NCBI GenBank assembly: GCA_964187785.1
Contig: OZ076409.1
Location: forward strand, 38,628,001 to 38,692,000
Direction: 5' to 3'
DNA from: Amphiscolops sp. MND2022
Lineage: Eukaryota
DNA: 64,000 nt
This document shows positions 48,480-60,300 of the stretch, piece after piece. The translations under genes and the position numbers were made by a program. The notes beneath the pieces were generated by a model that saw only the letters and a list, made by a program, of their open reading frames with translations, had not been told where the DNA came from and ran no database searches. Positions within the stretch are counted from its first letter, which is position 1. Every line of letters starts with the position of its first letter.

Positions 48480-51399
48480 ATACCATCAGAACCGTAGTTG
48501 AGTGACTCAACTCTTGGCGTTGTGTAAAAGCCGCGCGGAGCGGTAGGATCAATGATCCACACTAAGTCGCCAGCTTTCAGGTGTCGGTCGGAGTCTGAAT
48601 TCCATTTCCCACGTTGGTTTAGCAGTGGAACGTATTCCTTAATCCAACGAGACCAGATGATGTTTGCAAACGCTTGAGCGCGAGCGAAGCGTTTCCGATG
48701 ATCAAAATCATTGACAGCTGGGTTTATTGAAGGTAAGTTTGAACTGGGCCTGCCAAGCAGGAAATGGTTCGGGCACAGCGCGTCAAAATCATTGGGGTCG
48801 GAACTAACAGGTGTCAAGGGTCGGGCGTTAAGTGTTTGTTCCACTAGGCAGAAGGTAGTCAAAAGCACGTCTTTGGTTAACTCCAGATTGCCTAAGAAGG
48901 CACGCTTACAACTCCTAACAAGTCGTTCACAGCCCTTCCTGATGCGGACTTCGAGGAGGATTGAACTTCCATGTCAGCTTTTGATGAACCATTATCGAAG
49001 GAGCTTGTTGGTTCCAACATTCAATACAAGTACGAAGCTCTTTTTCCGCACCCACAAAGTTAGTGCCGTTATCCGACCATATCACTGATGGCGTACCACG
49101 ACGTGCAATGAATCTCTGAATGCCCATCACACGAGCGCTAGAATCCAAAGGAAATACAATTTCCAGATGTACAGCGCGTGTGGTCAGGCATGTCAACAAG
49201 AAAGCCCATCGTTTTTCAGATGAACGTCGAACTTTGACAAAAAAGGGACCGAAGTAGTCCACGCTGGCCATGGTAAATGGCGGAGACTGAGATGCTAACC
49301 GCTCTTTCGGCAAATCAGCCATCATTGGAGTTAAAGTGTGTTCTTTGCGCTTTCTACAGACAAGACATTCGGTTTCAAAATTGCGGAGCATTTGACGTAA
49401 TCTAAGGACAGCGAAACGTTGTTGCACTTGAGACCTCAGAAATTCAAGTCCTTGATGATGATCACATTTGTGTAAATTTTCAAGCATCAAAGGTACGACT
49501 GGATGTAAACCATCTAAAATTATTGGCTGCTTCGTCTCGAACTCAAACGCGTCGATCCGTTCAGTGCGTCCTGTGGAGCTCGGCAGTCCTCCGGGTTCGA
49601 CGAAAGGTGAGAACGATCGGATACGGCTAGTGTTAGCGATCGACTTCTCTTTAAACAAACATTTGAGTTCATCTCTGAATGATTCTCTCTGCGAGAGGAG
49701 AAGCACTTTCTCTTCGGCCAAACTTTTTTCAACTGAGTCGGTGATTTTTAGACTCAGCAGAAAGTCCTCTGGTATCGGCATCAGCTGGATTGTCGGTTGT
49801 ACCTATGTATCAAGTATTTCACTCACACGATTTGCAATGAAAATCAGTTTCTCCAAAGAGTTCAACCAGTGCAGCACCGTTGTGCTGTCGGTCCATAAGT
49901 AAATCTTTTCAAGGGGTCGAGTCAGCGCTTGGTGCACATCATTCGAAAGACGGGCAGCTTATAACGCGGCTTGCAATTCCAGCTTCGGTACTGTCAAAGT
50001 TTTCATGGGTGCAACACGTGCTTTGCAAATAACGAATGCCAAATGAGTTGTATTCCCAGACAACTCTAACGAATGTCCACGAAGAAAAGCGACTGCACTA
50101 AAAGCTTCTTGTGAGCTATCTCCAAAAACATGGACTTCCATTTTATCAACGGTCGTGGGAAAAAAGCTTAGAGAAATTTTTGAGTCTCGTCAGGTCCAAT
50201 GTCCATTCAGTGATTTTTCCAGCTAACTCTTTTGGGAAGTTCGTTATCCCACTCTTAGCCGGATAAACGCCAGATCCCCAGGATAAACACCAGAAAAATC
50301 GAAGTGACGGTTGATCGGAAGGCAAGACTCCCACTTGCAAAATTATCGCTTCGATGTCTGCAGATACTGCGAAGCGAAATTGGCGAAAAACGAATGAAAT
50401 CGTGCAAGAGATTCTGTAATAAGTCTGGGCCAGTCAACAGATCACTGTTCAGGGACTGCTTGTGACACTTAGCGGCTCCGTTCAAAACCCGCGTCCTTTT
50501 TCGGGCTTGTGTGGATTTACTACCGGATGGTGGGGTAGGTACCTCTCACGGCTGGAACGATTTGTAGCATCATAAGCAGGTACTTCAACGAAATAACCAT
50601 GGGCAAGGTCATTGTCATCTGGTTTTTTGGTATATTGCTTTCAGCTCTGGGTCTTTCTCAAGACGATTTTCGACAGACTTTAATTGAACTAAAGCAGCAA
50701 AATAATTATCGGGAAGCGGCTCGTCGGTTGCCCACAACATCCCAACTTGATAGCGTTCGCCATCGTGAACTGTTTCTTCTAGAGTTTTTGAAGCTCGCTC
50801 ATTAGAAGATGAACGCGGGTCACTTGCTTGGAAGCTCCAAAATTTCAAGATCGTTCCAATCTTGTATTTGCTCAGTTAAGTTTCCGGTTTCCACATTGGC
50901 TTTGAAACATGTCGAAATCATACAAGGGGTCAAAGGAAGAGGCCCGCTTACAACCCATCCTAACGGAAGACGAACGGCTATCGGTGAGTTCTTCGAATCG
51001 GTTTCGAAGTACTCTAACGGATGGATGACTGGAAAAGCGTCCTGGCCAAGGGCCAACTCAACATCGGCGTAGTTGTATGCTTCAGATTTCAATAGTACAA
51101 AATGTGGATACTCCTTTTGAATCAATGTCCAACGTTGATACTTTGCTTCACGTAAGGTGTTAAGTGATAGACTTCGTTATCTTCGCCAGATAAACTGGAC
51201 AATTCCAAGTCGACTGGAACAGTCGAAGTTCACTGTTGACTGTCTCTTGTGAATTAATTCCGTTTACTGTAACTTTGATCGGATGACCTCGAACTTTCAG
51301 TTTATCTGCAAGATTCCGCGTCATCCAAGAATGACTACAAGCTGTATCACAAAGGGCCATGGGGTTTCTGAACCTTCAGCTGAAGTTAACTTCACCCTC
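48480..51399 (-). pseudogene. pol: BEL/Pao pol: aspartic protease, RT (core deleted), RNase H, integrase and C-terminal DUF5641-like region
   Basis: Motifs ALCDTACSHSW, SLNSDLLTGPDLLQNL, LRFFW (jumping straight to the RNase H region with no YVDD), VHVFGDSSQEAF, KARVAPMKTLTVPKLELQAA, HQG..CLVC, VDYFGPF, WSDNGTNFVGA and NARPLT..LCPNHFLLG. Confidence 0.92.
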
Positions 51400-52126
51400 A
51401 AAATTGGCAACAGTCTTTTTACATTGGTGACGGCTGAGAAACTTGTGAATGATTCGGCTTTTGAAATTCCGGAACAGCGTTGGTGACATTGGCACTGAAA
51501 TCAGAGCGCTGTTTGCTGTGGAACACGCGTTCTGTGCCATACAATAAAGTGTTATGGCTGCTATTGCAACCGTCTTTAGTATATTTTTTAGGATTCGGAC
51601 TGTTGCGGAATCCGTGGTTAGCTTTACAGCAGGAAAAACATTGTTGGTTCTCCGCCAGCACTTTTGCTCGCTGAGTTGGCGTCTTCTCTTTGAAAACTGT
51701 GCATTTCCAGAGGCCATGATTTCCTTTACATACAACACGAGAGGGAGCTTTTTTTGCTTCTGAAGCAATCTTGTTACTCTTCTGATGCGCAGTATTAGAG
51801 GCAAAACTTTTCGAAGTAGCTTTTTTTCAAGCTAACGGGAGGAGACTTCAATAGATGCTTTTTTCGAATTAGTCCGCATTCTCTCATGAGCCTCAGCTTT
51901 TTCCTGGAGCCACGTATTGAAATCGGCAATGTCGGCCAGAGAAGATCCTTTTTAACAGTATGGACCGACCATCCTTTCAAGTTGGGAGGTAACTTGGACA
52001 CAGCTTGATTCAATAAGGATGCGCTTCTCAGATCAGCATCGTAATGAAGGGATTGGAAAACACTGACAAGACTCGTTATGACAGAAGCGTTGCTGACTAT
52101 GCTTTCTGAGCTGTGCATTTTCACAA

Positions 52127-55100
52127 CAGGATAATGAGACAATTTATCAAACTGTGCTCCAACCACGGTCTGCCGTTGGCCGAATTTTCGCTCCAAGGTT
52201 TTCAGTGCTTGTGGGTACATGCTCCCACAGTAGGCAAAGTTGGCAATGGCTAATTAGGCTTTGCCTGTGACCAACGTTTTCAAGTATGTCAACTTTACAT
52301 CAGGACTGAGTGGAGCGGAGTCAACGGCTGATCGGAATTGACCGAACTCGTGCCACTGCAAAGGATTTCCATCATAGGAGTCGAGCTTCCACTCCGGAAG
52401 TGGATCTTTTCGACTGATGATTAGAAGCTGCCAAATCCTTGATTGTTACAGGATTATAACCCTGTAATTGACTTGACCCTGGGATCGCAGCAGCGATTGA
52501 GGTAAATGGATGGGAGTTCGTGCTGGGATGGGACGGAGCACTAGCCTGTACAACGGTTGGATTCGGGACCGTTGGTAGATAGTATATGGAACTGCACCTG
52601 TGCCATGTGCTGAGACGCTCTTAGGGTTATTTGGCATTGTCGAAGAAACTTGCAACGTTGGTGGTTGGGGTTTAGAAGAGGATTTCAAGAAGACAAGTTC
52701 GGAACAATGTCAGGTTGCTGGCTGAGAAGGAGCTGGTATTGTTACTTGTGCGTCTGAAGAAACAGGAGGTGCAATTATCGTACCAATGATTCGGGGTGGA
52801 TAGCCCACATTGGGGCTACCAGTGGCATGCAGCGGACTTCGCCCAGGAAGAATGGTTCCTGAAACTTCTAGTTCCTTTGCAGGATCATTTGACAACTGCG
52901 CACCGGTCGGCGCAGCGTGTACTGACAGACGAGATGAAACCGGTTATTGTTGATCACGGGGAGCTGACGACAACACTGACTCATAGTCAGTTACAACCTC
53001 AGATGTTGGTTGGCGTTCTACTTGGGTAACGACGGTTCCATCGCCAGTGACTTGTGTATCAATTTCATCTCCCATGTTCTGAGCGCTGGGTTCATATACA
53101 GATCGTGAAGTATTGTTTACCCAATCTTCAGTGCGGCTTTCCTCGAGCGCCACATCAAAGTCACGATTACTAGCTACTTCACTGGGTTGTGTGCTCTCAG
53201 CTTCTATTTCCAATTCACCTTCAAACATCTTGGCTTCAGCTACTTTTTGCCGGTTACTTTCTTCTATTTCCTCTAAAGCCAACTGATTTTTGACTTGCTG
53301 TAGGCGCAGAGCTGCCTCACATTGTCTCCGGCTTCCTCACGTCGCATATTAGCAAGCGCTATGTCTTTCTTGCGTCGACTGGATGTTTTGGAAGTAGACG
53401 AATTCATTTTACTGGTACCATTTGACTTGGCACTAAGCTGCTCTCTAGCCCTTGCTATACTAGTAGAGACTTCTGGACTGTCTAAGTACTTTCGAGCATC
53501 TTCCAAGTAAATGTGATTGTCTAGTGATCGTGTCCACCCAGTCCACGACTTCATTCGTTAACTTTTCTTTCTCCTCTGTCTTTTTCGCTTTTTATTATTT
53601 TCCGCCCACATAAATGAGGGAGGAAAATCATGATCTGTGTTGCGTTTTTTTTTTACAAATTCTGCCAAATCTCCACTTTTATTTACTCCATTTAGTAGAA
53701 CGATAAAGTAGTCACCGTGGCACAATTGGTAGTGCGTCTGCCAGGATAATTAGACAATTTATCAAACTGTGCTCCAACCACGGTCTGCCGTTGGCCGAAT
53801 TTTCGCTCCAAGGTTTTCAGTGCTTGTGGGTACATGCTCCCACAGTAGGCAAAGTTGGCAATGGCTAATTAGGCTTTGCCTGTGACCAACGTTTTCAAGT
53901 ATGTCAACTTTACATCAGGACTGAGTGGAGCGGAGTCAACGGCTGATCGGAATTGACCGAACTCGTGCCACTGCAAAGGATTTCCATCATAGGAGTCGAG
54001 CTTCCACTCCGGAAGTGGATCTTTTCGACTGATGATTAGAAGCTGCCAAATCCTTGATTGTTACAGGATTATAACCCTGTAATTGACTTGACCCTGGGAT
54101 CGCAGCAGCGATTGAGGTAAATGGATGGGAGTTCGTGCTGGGATGGGACGGAGCACTAGCCTGTACAATGGTTGGATTCGGGACCGTTGGTAGATAGTAT
54201 ATGGAACTGCACCTGTGCCATGTGCTGAGACGCTCTTAGGGTTATTTGGCATTGTCGAAGAAACTTGCAACGTTGGTGGTTTGGGTTTAGAAGAGGATTT
54301 CAAGAAGACAAGTTCGGAACAATGTCAGGTTGCTGGCTGAGAAGGAGCTGGTATTGTTACTTGTGCGTCTGAAGAAACAGGAGGTGCAATTATCGTACCA
54401 ATGATTCGGGGTGGATAGCCCACATTGGGGCTACCAGTGGCATGCAGCGGACTTCGCCCAGGAAGAATGGTTCCTGAAACTTCTAGTTCCTTTGCAGGAT
54501 CATTTGACAACTGCGCACCGGTCGGCGCAGCGTGTACTGACAGACGAGATGAAACCGGTTATTGTTGATCACGGGGAGCTGACGACAACACTGACTCATA
54601 GTCAGTTACAACCTCAGATGTTGGTTGGCGTTCTACTTGGGTAACGACGGTTCCATCGCCAGTGACTTGTGTATCAATTTCATCTCCCATGTTCTGAGCG
54701 CTGGGTTCATATACAGATCGTGAAGTATTGTTTACCCAATCTTCAGTGCGGCTTTCCTCGAGCGCCACATCAAAGTCAAGTCACGATTACTAGCTACTTC
54801 ACTGGGTTGTGTGCTCTCAGCTTCTATTTCCAATTCACCTTCAAACATCTTGGCTTCAGCTACTTTTTGCCGGTTACTTTCTTCTATTTCCTCTAAAGCC
54901 AACTGATTTTTGACTTGCTGTAGGCGCAGAGCTGCCTCACATTGTCTCCGGCTTCCTCACGTCGCATATTAGCAAGCGCTATGTCTTTCTTGCGTCGACT
55001 GGATGTTTTGGAAGTAGACGAATTCATTTTACTGGTACCATTTGACTTGGCACTAAGCTGCTCTCTAGCCCTTGCTATACTAGTAGAGACTTCTGGACTG

Positions 55101-55360
55101 TCTAAGTACTTTCGAGCATCTTCCAAGTAAATGTGATTGTCTAGTGATCGTGTCCACCCAGTCTACGACTTCATTCGTTAACTTTTCTTTCTCCTCTGTC
55201 TTTTTCGCTTTTTATTATTTTCCGCCCACATAAATGAGGGAGGAAAATCATGATCTGTGTTGCGTTTTTTTTACAAATTCTGCCAAATCTCCACTTTTAT
55301 TTACTCCATTTAGTAGAACGATAAAGTAGTCACCGTGGCACACTTGGTAGTGCGTCTGCC
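52127..55360. repeat. Near-identical tandem duplication, unit about 1615 bp (52127-53741 and 53742-55360)
   Basis: caggataat.agacaatttatcaaactg starts at both 52127 and 53742. The duplicated ORFs are offset by 1615-1620 nt. Unit 2 has a 5-nt insertion (aagtc) near 54776. Confidence 0.95.
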
Positions 55361-55450
55361 TGCCAGCCAAGAGTTCACGGGTTCGAGCCCGGGCTGGAGC
55401 GTTACATTTTTTAAGGGGAAAATATCCCGGTGCTTAGCGGGCGTCTTGTT
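55209..55450 (+). mobile_element. HINE-like family 4 with a tRNA-like cassette, inserted into BEL gag
   Basis: subTIR attttcc / ggaaaat, end cccggtgcttagcgggcgtcttgtt. A related end cccgct-gctt-agcggg cgtcttgtt lies at about 58602-58627. Removing the element restores the gag frame ELLQKAKKTEEKEK. Confidence 0.72.
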
Positions 55451-56037
55451 GTAACAATTCATCGTTTTCCGCGATTGCTGCATCGAAACATTCATGACAA
55501 GTGGCAACTGCTTTTTCCACTCTTACTTTTCGATCGCGCTTCCAGATAGCTTCTTCTATGTCAAGTTGGGCTTTTTCAATTGTCCTAATTTCGATCTCGC
55601 CTCTAAAAGCTTCGACACCTTCTCAAGGGGGTCAGCTGACATCACTGAATTATTTGATCAACGTAAATTGATGATCGCACGGTAAACAACGGGAGGAACT
55701 CACTGCAAGGAAGGAGCTTCTATTGTGATTTGTCTTTAACCCGACAATTGAGTTAGGTCACCGACAAACACCAGAAGCGGTAGTTATTGGCTGGGATTCA
55801 ATAGCAAGAATTTGCAATGTTAATTTCATAAGTGCGGAAAGGGGAATAGTCAAGAGAGTACAAAGGATCTCAGGCACATAAATGTGCCCGACCTATAACC
55901 TAGGAGTGAACCCAGGTCACGGGCCAGCACAAAGTATAGCCAAAGATAAGAAAACGGGAGAAAACTTTAGCGGAAACGGGGCCTCAAAAAACAAACTAAC
56001 GAGTTAACCTCAGACACAGAGGAACACAAAACAAAAT

Positions 56038-56538
56038 CTACTCCGTAACTAACAATCGATTCCGCTCAGCTCGGCGACGGCGTTCATTTAGTTTTTTGAG
56101 ACGGCTTTTCTGAACAAGAGCAGGAAGTTTTTCACTGTATTTTAAGATCAAAGTCCGGGACTTCAACTCTAGTTCATGGAGTTGATGAAGCAACGAGTAT
56201 TGTTGCAAAAGCTTCCTGTTGCCAGCTTTATTTTTGGAAGTCAAATCTTTCAAAATGTGAACTGTAAAAACTGTGTTTAAGTTTTCAAAAATACCAGGCA
56301 CACCTTGTCTTTTACAGTAAACTACAGCTTTTATTCGATCGCGGAAGGTAGTGAGGACGTTTTGTAATTGCTGCGCGGTTAAGGGTTTATTTCCGTTGCT
56401 AGGGTGTTTACTCAAGGAATTGTTGACTTCGTCGTGCAAAACAATAAGGTCACGTTTGCTTTTAAAACAGTTTTTGAGTAAATACTGAACTGTTCTTCTC
56501 TTCACTGCGTTAGGATTGCGTCCGGAAATAGTAAACAC
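56038..56538 (-). pseudogene. Extra basic/helical ORF between PBS and gag, unknown product
   Basis: 166 open codons without ATG. The frame continues upstream through one in-frame TGA (…FASFPSEICGFHTRSNSLHHALRILSKKAQKGLAS*VFTISGR…). Confidence 0.5.
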
Positions 56539-56984
56539 TCAGGAAGCAAGACCCTTTTGAGCCTTTTTTGACAAAATTCTCAAGGCGTGATGGAGTGAAT
56601 TGCTCCTAGTATGAAAACCACAAATTTCGGAGGGGAATGAAGCAAAAAGTGAAGTTTAAAGGAAAACCGACTGGGCCGACGTAAGTTCTCTTGTCCTCTG
56701 ACGCTGATTTACATTACACTAACTATACAGAGTTTGAACAATTCAAGCACCGAGTGGGTTCATGAGTTTTCGATTTTGAATGTCATTATTGAAGTTTTTC
56801 AAACTTTCCTGAATCCGGTTTGGACTTATCTGCAAAGAAGGGGTGATTTTCGGGGTGGAAGGGTTGAAGTGAATTGCTTCAATTTCGGAGAAGGGCGTCG
56901 GGGTTGAAGTTCCACATCGATGACGGCCAGACGATGTTCCACATCAACCACAGGAGAAACGAGAAAGTTGGATTAACACGAAAC

Positions 56985-57002
56985 TCCCGTGTCGCGGCAC
57001 CA
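56985..57002 (-). promoter_or_regulatory. Primer-binding site, tRNA-His-like
   Basis: The - strand reads TGGTGCCGCGACACGGGA 4 nt after the LTR end. It resembles the complement of the tRNA-His 3' end (TGGTGCCGTGACTCGGA). Confidence 0.75.
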
Positions 57003-57006
57003 AAAA

Positions 57007-57467
57007 TGTCTCAACTTCGTCTGTCTTAATCGAATCGGGTAGGTGAAAGGCTTTTAAAAACTAAGTCTGAATTCTGTTTCAGGATATTTCGACAAAACAA
57101 TTATGTCCGAAGACTCAATATTGTAACATTACACAAGACGAATTATATGTAACTTGCTTTAGAACGGTGTTATCGGCAAATTGTACATGTCAAAACATGG
57201 GAGCTGCAGACTGTTTACAAATACTTTAATTAATTGGATGATATACTTTCAGAGGACAAAGGAAAGGATTATGTAAACGAAACGCAAAAACAAAAATTAG
57301 TTCATCCGATATGAGCCCCTGCGGTGATCCAACCACTTCGGTATGGATGGCAGGTACCGACCATACCACTGGGCCATGGCGGCATGATATTGAAGCATTT
57401 TGACGTGTACATAATTCAGTACACCGCACACGTAATAAATTCGACCGCTTTCGATTGTTGACAGACA
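57007..57467 (-). repeat. 5' LTR of the BEL/Pao element (about 461 bp)
   Basis: The - strand begins TGTCTGTCAAC and ends GTTGAGACA (imperfect inverted ends), immediately followed by TTTT and the PBS. With no partner LTR, the outer boundary is inferred. Confidence 0.7.
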
Positions 57468-59599
57468 TTGTTTGTCAACATTTATTTCGAAAATTTTTCG
57501 AAAGACTCCAAACGGTTTCCCTTCAGTTTTTTGGAATTTTGAAACAGAATGGATGTTAAAAAATCACAAAGGGCCCCCTTTTACAATTTTCGGCATTGTG
57601 AGATTTTTCAAAAGGAATAATTTTTGTCTTGAAATCAGGTTCTCTGAGGCCCAGCACGCTATGTCCGATTTTCGTTTTTTTAAAAAAGACCGGTGTTTTT
57701 TCTATGTGACTTTTTTTTCAAATTCGTTTTTATCGAAGCCCCCCTCAATTTTTACACAAGAAACGAAACGTTTTGCGAGCGTAAAGGTTTCCTCGACGTT
57801 TTCGACACTATGATACTTGCCCGAGACCATCAAGAAAATTTTCGGAAAATTCCGATTTTTTCCCTCAATTTTCTGTTTTTTTTTGAAAAAAAAGGGTTTT
57901 TCGTTGAGAAAGATGTTTTTTGCTGTTTCCAGTTGGGGAAGAATGGCTTTCGAGAATTATGCGTATCCCTTCGGGTATTTTTTGGGGCTGTAAAATTGAT
58001 GAAATTTTAACATTATTGTCCTTTTACCCTTGGTTGTCCGTATGATACTGCTTATTTGGTTTTCTTTTGAAAAGTTCACAACTTTCCTCGCAAGTGTTTG
58101 CGAAGCACGCTTTCGTCTCTGTGTTCAAAATTCTCACTGTTCGTTTTTTTGGTATTCCCTTCATTTTTTTGATATTTTGCAACAAACTGGATTTTTGAAA
58201 AGCGGTGAATAGCTGTAAAAAGAGCTAAGGAGTCCCCTTCGACAGTAACACAATCCATACCGGATTTAACGCAAACCGGATATAACTAATTCCGGAATTA
58301 CGTACACCCGATATAACGTTTCTTGGAGAATTTTTCAAAGCTGTAAAATGTGCCAAGTAAAAAGTTTCTCATAACATCTAACAGGTACTTAAATTCGGTT
58401 AAAACGTTTTCCAAGTTCGGATGTAACGTTTTCAAAGTTCAGATAACAAAATAGTCAAGTAGCTAAAACGGCTTAGAGGGGGAATAATTAAGATCTAAAA
58501 TCACTAAATTTTAGATCTTAACTTTTAATTTTATTACCCTCCTCCCCAGGCCTCACAAAATAGCTATGGCTCAGTTGGTGAAGGCGAAGAAGCGGAAATT
58601 ATCCCGCTGCTTAGCGGGCGTCTTGTTTTCCGAAAAATAGTTTTTTTATGTTTCCATCTGGGAAAAAGTGGTTTTCCAGTCTTGTACGTATCCCTTCTGG
58701 TATTTTTCGGCACTGTAAATTTGATATTTTCGCAATTGAGGTCCTTTGCATATTTAAAAAACATTTTTTTTTAAACGTGGAGCCGTTTCTGGCTTGTTTT
58801 TTTTTCAATAAATCTCTGCTAACATAAAAATCTTTAAAGGTTGATCGAACTAGTGGTTCATACAAAGAGAAGGAGTATTAAACGGAAGTCTCGGAAGTAA
58901 CATTTGAGCGTTGTTTTGTCGAGTATACTCATCCTATAAAATTGTCAGTTTGTCTTGTGAATTTCAATATATTTAACAATGCTCCTCATTTTTACTCACA
59001 CCCGCATCCTTCAAGTTGAAAGTTTATTCTCTGTTTTTGTGAATGCAAAAATGCAATAAAATATGCAGCGAACATCGTAGTTTGACTAGTTTGTGTGCAG
59101 CACTGCATCATCAGCGGAGGCACAACAAATGGTATACATGGTTTGACAATTTCACTTACACTGCTAGGGAACATTGATGGTTGCAGTTGTTGGCTGTCTT
59201 ATTGTAGTGACGTTGCATCGTTTTTTGATTCATTTGAATGAAGCTTTCTGACACCAACGCCGCCACATATTTTTATATACATCATTTTCTGTTGTATTCT
59301 CCGCTCTCAGGTTACTTTTCGCTGCTTTCGAGAGTGATGTTGATTCTTTTCGAAGCGTTTGGTATTTTATTTGTTCATAATTTCATAACACGAATAACAA
59401 CTTGTTTTATCTGCAAACTTTTCCAGGCCACCAAATCAATATTTCAGATATAAATTAGTTTTACTCTTACACCGAAAATAGTTGCACTTGCTTGATTTAT
59501 GCAAATTTGTGCCTCATTTCGATACTACGGAATGTATGTTGTGAAAATATCACCACATCATCAAATAGCTAGACCATGTGAGTTGTTTTGACCTAACAT

Positions 59600-60300
59600 C
59601 TTTGGTAGATAAACCGGTGCGCGTACTTCAATGATATGTAATGTCAAAATATCTTGCAAACTGCTTTCTGTGTTTTTTTTTTTCAAAATATTTCGTCATT
59701 TTACCTCGAATTGGACTGTTAGTTATTTCATCTATGGCGGCCAATCTAAACAAGGATGGGTTTGAACCCATCGCAGTAATCTTTAAAAACGTCTAAAAGA
59801 ATTGATAGAAATGTTTGAAAGTTATTCTTCAACAACTTGAGGTATTTTGGTTGTTATTTTTTTATGGGTCATTCACTTCTGCCTTTGTCAGAGTAAGCTC
59901 GAACTAGTTTGTTCATGCTTAATTTATCACTGATCAGTTCGGGAGCTGTCAATTACAAAAATTCACAACTAGGATTTGGAAACTTCGGAATCATCATTGT
60001 GAAGCAAAAAAATGCGACTAACTGCAGATTGCCTGAGGGATGCCTTACTCGTTGCGGCAGTTTGAGACGTGCCTTCCTTGTTGCATGTAAGCTTTTCAAA
60101 TTTCTGGGAAAACGTTTATCGGCTGGAGTTTGCTTGTTTTTTTTCCAATTTGTTCACACAGTATCAATAATTTTGAGTTCATCTTTTGTTAAAAGCTCTT
60201 GTAAATGTTAGCTTCTTCTTGGGAATTTAATCGGTTCTTTATTTACCCCAGAAGGTTTGTCATTCAGTTATCTCATTCTTGATATTTAGTTGAGATCGAT
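59600..60300 (-). mobile_element. Possible decayed LINE RT fragment
   Basis: GIPQ / SAVSRIFLLHNDD near 60050-59990, followed by KPILV near 59760. Confidence 0.33.

Larger units (their letters stand above)
51400..55642 (-). pseudogene. gag: BEL/Pao gag (DUF1759-like region and Cys/His knuckles), interrupted and partly duplicated
   Basis: Candidate ATG at 55642. Motifs LPEWKLDSYDGNPLQW, KLTYLKTLVTGKA, YPQALKTLERKFGQ, CPLCKGNHGLWKC, CFSCCKANH and GCNSSHNTLLY. Confidence 0.85.
48480..57467 (-). mobile_element. Decayed BEL/Pao LTR retrotransposon, 3'-truncated (no second LTR), flanked on both sides by HINE-type sequence
   Basis: The - strand order is LTR, PBS, extra ORF, gag, protease, RT, RNase H, integrase. 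There are many stops and frameshifts. Confidence 0.93.

Noticed and set aside
55329..55400. Functional tRNA genes (also at about 7845-7920, 20350, 31455, 39681 and 48352)
   Set aside because: The acceptor and anticodon stems do not pair properly, and most lie within recognisable repeats, so they are treated as tRNA-derived segments.
59000..59800. PHD-like, WWPGKV (PWWP-like) and DYCDG (transposase-like) words on the - strand
   Set aside because: They are isolated short words in broken frames, and a decayed LINE explains part of the region equally well.
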